This document shows, in pieces, positions 8,913 through 17,603 of a DNA stretch of 17,987 nucleotides. This stretch comes from Candidatus Jordarchaeia archaeon. Lineage in GTDB: Archaea; Asgardarchaeota; Jordiarchaeia; Jordiarchaeales; Jordiarchaeaceae. Position numbers and translations under genes: made by a program. The stretch spans positions 1-17,987 of the forward strand of contig JAHQXB010000009.1 in assembly GCA_029856435.1 (NCBI GenBank). The letters run 5' to 3'. The notes below the pieces were generated by a model that ran no database searches, was not told the DNA's origin, and saw only the letters and a program-made list of their open reading frames with translations. Positions within the stretch are counted from its first letter, which is position 1. The number at the start of each line of letters is the position of its first letter.

Positions 8913-11173
8913 GCTTGGCTTTCCTCATTGTAGCTGGAAGTAATAACCTTCCTTATTTTTTCAGCCTTTTTCTCACCCACTCCTCTAACCTTGGAAAGCT
9001 CCTCTTCTGGTGTAGTGAAAATTTTCTCCAAAGAATTAAAAGTACAAAGTAGTCTTCTTGCTAAAGTTTGATCCACTCCCGGGAGTCCTATTAGAACCCT
9101 TTCCTGTACATCTTTCAAGCTTCCAGGGACTTTCTCAGCAACATAAATTTTAGTTTCCCTCTCTGTTTGTTCTCTTCGAGCAATTGTATGTATCATTCGC
9201 GCTGTTTCTTGAGGGTCAGACGTCCAGATTATTGGTAGCTTAAAATCTATTGCTATGCTTACCAGTGCACCTCTGATAGCTTCAGGATGAACTGCATGTT
9301 TTCCGTAAAAGTCTCGCCCCTCAATAATAAGTACTGGCTTTTCATAATTTGACGTGATTTCCTTAACCTGTGGGAATAACCTTTTATCTATTATTGATTG
9401 TAGAAAGTCTTCCGCTGCTTTTCTCTCTATGGCAACCTTCTCTGAAACCAGGTAATCTGCAACTTGTAGTTGCATTGGGATGATTTTGGCATTTAGTCTT
9501 GTTAATTCTCGTACCACATCTGAACCAATTTCTCTGTTATCTACATAAACTGTAATTATTTTTTCTTTTTCTTCTTCTTGTAGATATTTTTCGAGTTTAA
9601 TTTGCTGTTTATCTTCTTCTTTTAAGGGTTCTGTCATTGTTTTCGCCATAGTTTTTAGCGTATCTTTCATTTCCCGCTCCTTCCTCTTTGCCGACCAGTA
9701 ATAAGCCTCATCTCGAGTTCCCTTTGTAATAAGTAATACTACATTTCCGGGTCTTTTTCGTCCAGTTCTTCCTTTTCTCTGGATGTATCTAATTGCACTA
9801 GGCACTGTATCATAGAATATAACCAAATCGCATTCACTAATGTCCAAGCCTTCCTCGGCAACGCTAGTGGCAACTAGAATATTATAGGTGCCCTCTTTAA
9901 ATTTTTCAATTATCTCCTTTTGTTGCTTCTGAGAGAGTCCCTTATCCCCAATTTTATTTGCCTGACCTATGAATCTTTCCACATTATACTTTTCTTTTTG
10001 TAAAACCTCATTTATTTCGCTTGCAGAATCTCTGAACTGTGTAAAAATTATTATCCTTGAATTACTCTTTTGTGAAAGTTGTTCTTTGACTATTTGAAGC
10101 ATTTTTTCGATTTTAGGATGTCTTACTTGGTTTTCGATTAAGTTCTCTATTTTGATTCTTGCATTAATAATTTCGTCATCTGTTAGTAAATCTTTGATGC
10201 CTCTTGGGGAACCAGATATTTTTGATCTCTCCTCCAATTTGTTGAAAAAATTTTGGAGAGCTTTTAGACCCTGTGTTTCTAAAAGCTCAAGTGCATATGT
10301 TAGTCTGATCGCTGCTGCAGTTTTTGCCATCAGTTCAAATAACGAAGGCTGCGTCTGTCTCTCTTTTGTTAATTGACTTTGAAGTTCTATTAACTGCTTT
10401 CGAGAAATCGTTTTAATATTATAAGATTCAATAAACCTCTCTTCCTTCAAAGTCTTTAAACGTTTTACAAGAGCATTTTCTAAAATTTTTTTGATATCCA
10501 AAATGCTCGGAGGAAGACTAATTAACACCCAGTCTACCTTAATTTCCTTTATATATGGAAGCACATCTGGACTCTTCTCTGTTCTAACTTCAATGTTTTT
10601 AATATTGAGGTTTTTACAAACCTCTTCTATCTTCTCTTTCTCAACTCCCGGTGATGCGGTTAAACCCAGAATAAGGGGGTTAACAGCGTGCTTCAAATAT
10701 TGCTCTGCAACAAACACATACGAATAGTTTCCAACCGCTCTATGCGCCTCATCCAAAACTAATAAAACGCAATTTTTCAAGTCAACTCTCCCTGTAATTA
10801 TGTCGTTTTCCACAATTTGTGGCGTGGCCAAAACAACCTTTGCTTTCTTCCATCTCTCTATTCTCTCCTCTGGAGGGATTTCGCCTGTAAAAATCATAAT
10901 TTCATTTTCGTCTACCCTTAAAGTAGACTTGAAAGTTTCAGCATGTTGGAGTACTAGAGGGCGTGTTGGCGCTAAGAAAACTATGAACCCCCCACTCATT
11001 TTCTGAAGACGAAGAGCAGCGATCATAACTGCTATTAGCGTCTTGCCGAGGCCTGTTGGCAGAATTACGAGAGAGTTTTGCTCGGCACAACTTGCAGTTA
11101 TAGTTTCTTGATAAAGTCTATGTTCGATAGTATTTTCCTTCAAGTATGGGTGATTAATGTACTTACTCTCCAT
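8906..11173 (-). CDS. hef: Hef (FANCM/XPF-like) helicase-ERCC4 nuclease
   Basis: SF2 motifs LPTGLGKT, DEAH, TAS and QRKGRTGR, then the ERCC4 nuclease (VDNRE, ADYLVS, ERKAAED) and two HhH motifs (LPGVD, RGVGEKKA). Confidence 0.95.
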   Translation of the reverse strand: MESKYINHPYLKENTIEHRLYQETITASCAEQNSLVILPTGLGKTLIAVMIAALRLQKMSGGFIVFLAPTRPLVLQHAETFKSTLRVDENEIMIFTGEIPPEERIERWKKAKVVLATPQIVENDIITGRVDLKNCVLLVLDEAHRAVGNYSYVFVAEQYLKHAVNPLILGLTASPGVEKEKIEEVCKNLNIKNIEVRTEKSPDVLPYIKEIKVDWVLISLPPSILDIKKILENALVKRLKTLKEERFIESYNIKTISRKQLIELQSQLTKERQTQPSLFELMAKTAAAIRLTYALELLETQGLKALQNFFNKLEERSKISGSPRGIKDLLTDDEIINARIKIENLIENQVRHPKIEKMLQIVKEQLSQKSNSRIIIFTQFRDSASEINEVLQKEKYNVERFIGQANKIGDKGLSQKQQKEIIEKFKEGTYNILVATSVAEEGLDISECDLVIFYDTVPSAIRYIQRKGRTGRKRPGNVVLLITKGTRDEAYYWSAKRKEREMKDTLKTMAKTMTEPLKEEDKQQIKLEKYLQEEEKEKIITVYVDNREIGSDVVRELTRLNAKIIPMQLQVADYLVSEKVAIERKAAEDFLQSIIDKRLFPQVKEITSNYEKPVLIIEGRDFYGKHAVHPEAIRGALVSIAIDFKLPIIWTSDPQETARMIHTIARREQTERETKIYVAEKVPGSLKDVQERVLIGLPGVDQTLARRLLCTFNSLEKIFTTPEEELSKVRGVGEKKAEKIRKVITSSYNEESQAY

Positions 11174-11197
11174 TTATATCAGCATTCCAACGGGAGC

Positions 11198-11203
11198 ATA
11201 TAA
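11198..11203 (-). promoter_or_regulatory. Candidate TATA box for a leaderless hef transcript
   Basis: TTATAT on the minus strand lies 25-30 nt upstream of the ATG at 11173, and there is no SD motif before the ATG. Confidence 0.3.
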
Positions 11204-11566
11204 TGTGGGCGTAGCCAGAAATACGTTCAATTTTAGTAATTTTTAACTTCATACAACTTTTTAAATTCTTTCTAGTCAGCAATTTCGATCCTCCCTATTT
11301 TTATTCGGCTACCTCAAGGATAATTTCTCATTAAAAACCTAAAATACGCTTCGCTTTTCAAAGAACGAAAAAGGTTTTTTTATGGTGAAAAGGAATCGAC
11401 AATTTTTAGAACGGTGCATGATGAGATCTTTAATGTTACGGAGGATATTCCTATCTATTTCTCAAATATTACTACATAATATTACCTTCTTTGTAGGAGA
11501 GAAAATAAATAGATTTAGATTCGTTTATTACTTGTCTTTAATGGCAGAAAAATGGAGGTTATCTTT

Positions 11567-11905
11567 GTGGTTCAAGATGAACTATCACCTGGTGCAGAAT
11601 CGGAACTTTATGAGCTTGTAATTCCTGGTCAACTAGTTGGAAAAGTGGTTGTAGACTCCGCAGCCCGCATGGTTGGGATTATCCGAAGCATACGCCTCAG
11701 TCTCCCCCCTCTTCGCGTTGAGCTAATAATTAAGGGATTAGAAGTCGAGTTTCCAGTAGATGTGTCCAATGTTGCAGCGGTGGGTTCCGTAGTACAACTG
11801 AAGAACGTGGCAAAGGAAGCAGAAACTGTTGAGCTAAGGGACGTGCAGAGGCTACGTAAGGAACTCGTCGAAGAAATTCGCCAAATAATAGGCAAAAGCC
11901 CATGA
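11567..11905 (+). CDS. PRC-barrel domain protein with C-terminal helix
   Basis: LVGKVVVDSAARMVGIIRSI...VSNVAAVGSVVQL fits the PRC-barrel pattern. GTG 11567 follows GGAGGT at 11554-11559; ATG 11552 is an alternative start. Confidence 0.7.
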   Translation: MVQDELSPGAESELYELVIPGQLVGKVVVDSAARMVGIIRSIRLSLPPLRVELIIKGLEVEFPVDVSNVAAVGSVVQLKNVAKEAETVELRDVQRLRKELVEEIRQIIGKSP

Positions 11906-11957
11906 AGCTTTCATCTTCAAATACTTAAATTAGGCCTTTTGTAAATCAATTCCTTGT

Positions 11958-13898
11958 TTATGTATTAGCGTATAGAGCAGTGCAAGGTGCCTCCAAACAA
12001 CTCGAGCAGTGAGTACACCTACTCTCAATGATTCTTAACTTTCCTTCTTTTAATGAAAACGCATTGCAGGAGCCATACCAAGGTATACATGAACCACACC
12101 CTAAACACCTCATTGCTCTGATGATGATTGAAGCCACATTTTTACAAATTTTCTTAGCATTGCCGGGGCTTTTTGCTATAACTGTGAAATTCCCCTCCTT
12201 AAAGATTTTACAAATTGAATCATCCATCTCTATTTGAATAAAGCCTAATTCCGGTAAATATTTCACTTTTCCTAAAATATTAGAAAAATTGGCAATTTGC
12301 TCCATGTCAAAGGTGCAATTAAATACCACTTTTAGTGAATATTCTTTCTCTTTGAGTGTTGGCGGTACTTCTTCTATTTTAAAACGCAGCTTCTCCTTGG
12401 TAAGAGGCCTCCTTTTTATGTTTTGAGTTATTTTAAGCTCTTCAATAAGTTTAAACTGCCCCTCAGGTAGATTTTTCCACCTCCAGAAACCATAGTCTAT
12501 CCATTCCTTGGGGAAATTGTACTCCCTCCTCCATTTTTCTAGCACGTTACGCAATTTTTCCCAGTTTTCCGGATACTCCTCTCTCAGCATTTCAAATTCT
12601 GCCAACTTTGAAGCGGGACACGGCCAGCATCCTATTCTAATAAAACCTTTATTATATAAAGGGTTATAGGGAACCTTTTGCTGAAAGATGTAGAGCCAAA
12701 CATGTAAAGCAGTCCAGTCCTGTATTGGGGTAGCTGACACCTGTTTTGAAACCCAGGGATTCACGCTCACTTTTTTCTCTCTAGCCCTAGCTTCTGATTC
12801 GTATCTTCTTTGACCAATAAAAGTTAAGCAACCATCAGGAAAGTTTTCTTCAATTAATAAGCTGGTAGGTCCAAGCTTAACACTCTTGCAACAAATTCTA
12901 TAGTCACGACCTGGTGGACCGAATTTTTCAGACAGTCTCCAAAAGGTATCTGGATTCACTTTTCTCTCTAGCAATTTTTCTGCAAGCCCCAACTCCTTAA
13001 CAACATTATGCGTGTAATCAACTGTTTCCCTAAATTCCACTCCGGTATCTACAAATAGTATCCAGAAATTCTTTCCCAAAGCCTTTAAAGTTAATAAAAG
13101 TGTTACAAGCGAATCTTTGCCGCCAGAAAAAGCAACTGTTACAGGTTTATTATAAGATTTGCAAACCTTGTGTATAAAATCTATAGCGTCCTTCTCATAT
13201 TTTCGTAAAATCTCCTTATTAGCGTCCACAACATCCTCCCAGTTTTGGCCCCCCCTTAATATAAAGGTATCCCCCGGAGCACCATACTCTCTCGGCTTAA
13301 CAACAATTCCTTTTATTTTCATTAAAATATCTGTCGCGTTTCTTTTCGCGGTTCCCGTGGCTATAACCTCATTATTTGGTGAGACAACTATGACTTGATC
13401 CCCCTCCTGAATGTCTTCACTACAATCAGTTACACCAGGTCCCAAAATATTGGCGCCCTTTATAATTGGTTCTACAGCGCCCTTATCTACCTTTATCCAC
13501 TTACTACAACCTGCTTGCCAAAGTCTCCTAGCGCCAATTATTTTAGGAACAAATTGCCAGCTCTTGGAATAAGGGTTAAATCGAATATTCCCAACAACCC
13601 TGCCATCAATTATTACTTCATCCATGTGATCAGAGTAAGAGACTTTGTTTAGCAGAACTATCTTGTCGTCAGGAATCAGTTTCCTTCCAACTGTTTCTCC
13701 GTACTGCTCATCTATTACCTTCCTGATCCGCTCTAAGTCTTTACTAAAACTTGGGCGAAAATCCCCAGGCGGAGATACTTGAATCTTCTCGGCATTATTA
13801 CCACAAATTCCACATGGCGTTTCGTCTAGGAGGGGCAAATTGCATGAAGTACACCAACCGAGTTTAATCTTTCCGAGGAAGATGGATGCTTTTGTCAC
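11958..13898 (-). CDS. PUA domain / PAPS-reductase-family (PP-loop) / ferredoxin-like fusion protein
   Basis: N-terminal CxxC..CxxC, a PUA region (GANILGPGV..IQEGDQVIVV), SGGKDS PP-loop, CCKSVK, GQRRYES, RIGCWPCP, and C-terminal CLGCGSC...CTHCSSC. Confidence 0.9.
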   Translation of the reverse strand: MTKASIFLGKIKLGWCTSCNLPLLDETPCGICGNNAEKIQVSPPGDFRPSFSKDLERIRKVIDEQYGETVGRKLIPDDKIVLLNKVSYSDHMDEVIIDGRVVGNIRFNPYSKSWQFVPKIIGARRLWQAGCSKWIKVDKGAVEPIIKGANILGPGVTDCSEDIQEGDQVIVVSPNNEVIATGTAKRNATDILMKIKGIVVKPREYGAPGDTFILRGGQNWEDVVDANKEILRKYEKDAIDFIHKVCKSYNKPVTVAFSGGKDSLVTLLLTLKALGKNFWILFVDTGVEFRETVDYTHNVVKELGLAEKLLERKVNPDTFWRLSEKFGPPGRDYRICCKSVKLGPTSLLIEENFPDGCLTFIGQRRYESEARAREKKVSVNPWVSKQVSATPIQDWTALHVWLYIFQQKVPYNPLYNKGFIRIGCWPCPASKLAEFEMLREEYPENWEKLRNVLEKWRREYNFPKEWIDYGFWRWKNLPEGQFKLIEELKITQNIKRRPLTKEKLRFKIEEVPPTLKEKEYSLKVVFNCTFDMEQIANFSNILGKVKYLPELGFIQIEMDDSICKIFKEGNFTVIAKSPGNAKKICKNVASIIIRAMRCLGCGSCIPWYGSCNAFSLKEGKLRIIESRCTHCSSCLEAPCTALYANT

Positions 13899-14053
13899 AA
13901 TTTTTAACCTTCTATTCTCTCAAAGCAGTAGAAAAAAATATGGAACTTCAGTTTTAAAGTAAATTACTCCCCTTTTAAGATTTTCAATTTAATCTCTAAT
14001 TAAATCTTTTCTTGAAGCTAATTTTATCTTTCTCATACTTTCGTTTCATTCGG

Positions 14054-14080
14054 AAAAAAAGGAAATTGGAGGGTAAAAAA
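14054..14080 (-). terminator. Candidate oligo-T terminator downstream of gcvH
   Basis: T6 (14075-14080) and T7 (14054-14060) runs on the minus strand, 11-37 nt after the gcvH stop. Confidence 0.3.
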
Positions 14081-14090
14081 TTAACCTTTT

Positions 14091-14510
14091 CTAACCACCT
14101 TCTTTAAGGGCTTCCTCAACGATTTCGGCGTATTGTTCGGCCGTAAGTAATTTTTCTTTTTCCTTTTCGAGGTTTGTTGCTTTGATTACTACCATCCATC
14201 CTTTTTTATAAGGATCTTCGTTTACAAGTTCTGGCGCATCTTCTAATTCACCGTTGACATCGATTATCTCGCCGCTAACTGGAGCGTATAACTCTGAAAC
14301 CGCCTTCACAGATTCGATACTACCAAACTCGCTCATACTTTCCACTTCTGTTCCCTTTTCTGGAAGTTCCACATACACAATATCTCTTAACGCCTTTTGG
14401 GCATAGTCTGTTATGCCAACTCGTACATTTGTGCCTTCTATTTTTGCCCACTGATGTTCCTCTATGTAGAGGAGGTCATCTGGTATGTTTATATCCTGTA
14501 CTTTAACCAT
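14091..14510 (-). CDS. gcvH: Glycine cleavage system H protein (lipoyl carrier)
   Basis: HQWAKIEG, VGITDYAQKALRDIVYVELP, lipoyl-Lys motif GSIESVKAVSELYAPVSG and NEDPY..GW. Confidence 0.97.
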   Translation of the reverse strand: MVKVQDINIPDDLLYIEEHQWAKIEGTNVRVGITDYAQKALRDIVYVELPEKGTEVESMSEFGSIESVKAVSELYAPVSGEIIDVNGELEDAPELVNEDPYKKGWMVVIKATNLEKEKEKLLTAEQYAEIVEEALKEGG

Positions 14511-14517
14511 TTATAAT

Positions 14518-14558
14518 ACCTCCATCGATTCTTAACTCGATTGGTTTTTGCTATTAAA
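14518..14558 (-). promoter_or_regulatory. gcvH ribosome-binding site and candidate TATA box
   Basis: GGAGGT at 14518-14523 and TTTAATAG at 14551-14558, preceded by an A-rich BRE-like stretch, on the minus strand. Confidence 0.45.
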
Positions 14559-14576
14559 GTTTTTGCTTATTTTGAA

Positions 14577-14757
14577 GGCACAATTAACTGGGCGTCGCCT
14601 TTTGGGTGTACGTTTATTGTCGCGTCCTGTGTTCCCATATTGAAGCCCATTATGAGTTATTCTGCAGGGTAAAAAGCCGAAAAGGGCACCCCAAAAAGGG
14701 ATGGTGAAGGCCGAAAAACAGACAACACGCAGCAGGAGACACTAAATTAATTGTGCC
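14577..14757. mobile_element. 181-bp MITE-like element
   Basis: Ends GGCACAATTAA (14577-14587) and TTAATTGTGCC (14747-14757) form a perfect 11-bp inverted repeat, extending to 25/33 identity (14577-14609 vs 14725-14757). The interior is GC-richer and non-coding. No exact target duplication (flanks GAA / GTA). Confidence 0.55.
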
Positions 14758-15203
14758 GTAAGGTATACTGACAGAGGGAAAAAACAAGTTCAAGAGTTTT
14801 CGTGCTTTCAGTTAATGGTGGGGGATTTCCGCTTTCTGTTTCCTCAGGAGGGAGACGTTAACCTTCTTCAAGTCGAGAATGGAAGTCCTTCACGCACAGG
14901 ATATACCCTTCCCATAAACAAAAAAATACATACATATTACATTGCGCCATTTTTTAACTAATGGCGCCCTAGAGTTTTAATGCTTCATCCTATTTTTAGA
15001 TTGATTAAACCTTTTTTCGCTACTAAGCATATTTGTATATAATGTGGTGCTGAAAAATTCTTAAGGAAGCAATTGATTTAACCCTCATAACATTATTTGT
15101 AAACCCCCATTGGGGGAAGGTATGTAAAAATTTCAGTATATTAATGACTGTTCTCAATCCTCATCATATTTGCTTGAGTCAATTAAATATGGCGTGAAGT
15201 GCG

Positions 15204-17300
15204 ATGAGCTATACCCTATTGATAACTGAGAAGCCGACTGCCGCTAAACGAATTGCAGACGCATTAAATGATAAGGGTACGCCTGTGAAACATGAAGAGC
15301 ACGGTATTACCTATTATGATATTGTTAGGAATGGCGAAAGAATCAGAGTGGTGCCTGCTATTGGGCATCTCTATTCGGTTGCTCAAGAAGGGAAGGGTTG
15401 GACATACCCCATATTTCAAACAAAATGGGTTCCCTCATATATTGCTAACAAGCAATCAAGGAATACAGAGAACTTCATAAGAGTTATATCAAAACTTTCA
15501 AGAGAAGCCAAAAATTTTATCTCTGCTACAGATTTTGATATAGAGGGCAGTCAAATAGCTTATTGCGTATTAAAATACGCCTGCGGTGAATCAAGCCTCA
15601 CCAGAGCTCAAAGAATGAAATTTTCAACATTAACTAATCGGGATATAATTGAAGGGTTTAACTCATTATCACCTACACTAGATTGGGAGTTAATACAAGC
15701 GGGACGAACACGTCACGAGATAGATTGGATTTATGGCATCAACCTTTCTAGAGCCATGATGCTATCTTTGAAGAAAGTTTCAGGGATTTATAAAGCTTTA
15801 AGTACTGGGCGTGTACAGGGCCCCACCTTAGCTTTCATAGCGGAAAGGGAGAAAAAAATTCGAAGTTTTGTTCCAAAGCCCTTCTGGACAATTAATGCAG
15901 TAGCTCTAATAGATGGCAAAAAATATCCTCTCGAGTATTCCCAAAAAAAGATTTGGATAAAGAGGGAAGCGGAGAAGGTGATAAACGAGTGTAATAACAG
16001 AGTAGGAGCCGTTTCCCAAATTCAGATAAGAAAAACTTTGCAGAAGCCTCCTGTACCCCTTGACATAGGCACTCTACAGTCAGAGGCGTACACTTACTTC
16101 AGATTTACACCCAGTCGTACTTTAAGAATAGCCGAACAATTGTACCTTGACGCATTGATTTCTTATCCTCGTTCCGGTAGCCAAAAATTTCCCCCCTCAA
16201 TTGATGTGCACGCTATTCTGAAATCGTTATCAAATATTGAGGAGTATTCTCAGATGGCTAGAGAGCTCTTGTCAAAGGAAAAACTGGTTCCTACTCAAGG
16301 CAAAAAGGAAGACTTGGCGCATCCACCAATTCACCCCACGGGAAATTCGCCAGAAAAGAAACTGAAAGAGGAGAATAGAAAAATATTTGATCTAGTGGTT
16401 CGAAGGTTTTTAGCAGTTTTTGGGGATCCTTCTATTCGAGAAAGTCTAAAAATAGAGATAACTATTAATGGACATCTTTTTCATCTGCGTGGATGTAGAA
16501 TCTTAGAGCAAGGCTGGCAAAAATACTACTCACCCTATATTAAAAGTGAAGAAACAATTTTGCCCCAATTAAAAGAGGGGCAAAAAATTGAATTAGATTC
16601 AATAAAACTTGTTGATAAATACACTACGGCGCCTCCACGTTATAATCCGAAAAGTGTTCTAATGTTGATGGAAAACCAACACATAGGTACTAAAGCCACA
16701 AGGGCAGAAATAATTGATACTTTATACAGTAGAGGCTACATTACGGGTGAAAGAATATTTATGACTCCACTTGGTTTTTCGGTAATCAACCTACTATCAA
16801 AGTATTGTCCTAAAGTTTTATCCGTAGAGCTTACCCGCGAACTGGAACAGGAAATGGAGGAAATCGAAACAAACAAAAGGACGAGGCAAGAAGTAATCAT
16901 TGACGCCGTGGAAAAACTCACTCCCATTTTAAAAGAGCTCAAACTAAAAGAGAAGGTCATCGGTCAAGGGCTCTCCGAAGCACTGGCGGCTTTAAGGAGA
17001 GAAAAAAGCACCATTGGCATGTGTCCTATTTGTAAGGAGGGCTCGCTTACCATAACGCATTCGAAAAAAACACGGAAAAGGTTTATAGGATGCTCTAATT
17101 ACTGGACAAAAAAATGCAGCTTCAGCGTTCCGATACCTCAAGAGGGAGATATAGAAACTACTGGTGAAAATTGCCAATACTGCGGCTTTCCCGTGATTAG
17201 AATTAGGCGGCCTAAAAAGAAGCCTTGGAATATGTGTATTAATTGGCAGAATTGCCCTAAAGGAAAAAATAAAATTCAACAAGGGGGTGAGACTCAATGA
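15204..17300 (+). CDS. topA: Type IA DNA topoisomerase (archaeal TopA/Topo III-like) with C-terminal zinc ribbons
   Basis: TOPRIM motifs ITEKP and ATDFDIEG, GRVQGPTL, catalytic Tyr in ISYPRS (codon 16164-16166), IGTKATR, and C-terminal CPIC..CSNY..C and CQYC..C..C. Confidence 0.97.
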   Translation: MSYTLLITEKPTAAKRIADALNDKGTPVKHEEHGITYYDIVRNGERIRVVPAIGHLYSVAQEGKGWTYPIFQTKWVPSYIANKQSRNTENFIRVISKLSREAKNFISATDFDIEGSQIAYCVLKYACGESSLTRAQRMKFSTLTNRDIIEGFNSLSPTLDWELIQAGRTRHEIDWIYGINLSRAMMLSLKKVSGIYKALSTGRVQGPTLAFIAEREKKIRSFVPKPFWTINAVALIDGKKYPLEYSQKKIWIKREAEKVINECNNRVGAVSQIQIRKTLQKPPVPLDIGTLQSEAYTYFRFTPSRTLRIAEQLYLDALISYPRSGSQKFPPSIDVHAILKSLSNIEEYSQMARELLSKEKLVPTQGKKEDLAHPPIHPTGNSPEKKLKEENRKIFDLVVRRFLAVFGDPSIRESLKIEITINGHLFHLRGCRILEQGWQKYYSPYIKSEETILPQLKEGQKIELDSIKLVDKYTTAPPRYNPKSVLMLMENQHIGTKATRAEIIDTLYSRGYITGERIFMTPLGFSVINLLSKYCPKVLSVELTRELEQEMEEIETNKRTRQEVIIDAVEKLTPILKELKLKEKVIGQGLSEALAALRREKSTIGMCPICKEGSLTITHSKKTRKRFIGCSNYWTKKCSFSVPIPQEGDIETTGENCQYCGFPVIRIRRPKKKPWNMCINWQNCPKGKNKIQQGGETQ

Positions 17301-17515
17301 ATTGCCTCATTTGTGGTGCTAATACAAATGAACGGTCTGATTACTGCGAGAATCACCTATCCGCCTACATTAACCTTAAAGAAGCATATAACGAGTGGAA
17401 AAAAGCTATGGATATTACCTGGCAAGAATATCTAAAGAGAGTAATAGAAAATGAAAATACTGGAGAATGGGTCAGAGAACTCGCTATTCATCTGCTAAAT
17501 GAAAATTTAGAATAA
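17297..17515 (+). CDS. Small zinc-finger protein translationally coupled to topA
   Basis: 72 aa with CLIC-x9-CENH followed by a Trp-rich helical part. Its ATG overlaps the topA TGA (ATGA at 17297-17300). Confidence 0.75.
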   Translation: MNCLICGANTNERSDYCENHLSAYINLKEAYNEWKKAMDITWQEYLKRVIENENTGEWVRELAIHLLNENLE

Positions 17516-17603
17516 TTTCCTTATACTATGGGAAATTATTTAAGCTAGATCTGGCAAAAATTCTTAGCCCTTTTTAGTGCCTTTATTAAAAAGGTGCCTT
17601 ACT

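Noticed and set aside
11382-11621. 79-aa plus-strand ORF
   Set aside because: It overlaps the PRC-barrel gene out of frame, has no motifs, and has intergenic-like composition.
14815-14961. 48-codon plus-strand ORF (MVGDFRFLFPQ...)
   Set aside because: Short, with no SD or recognisable motif.
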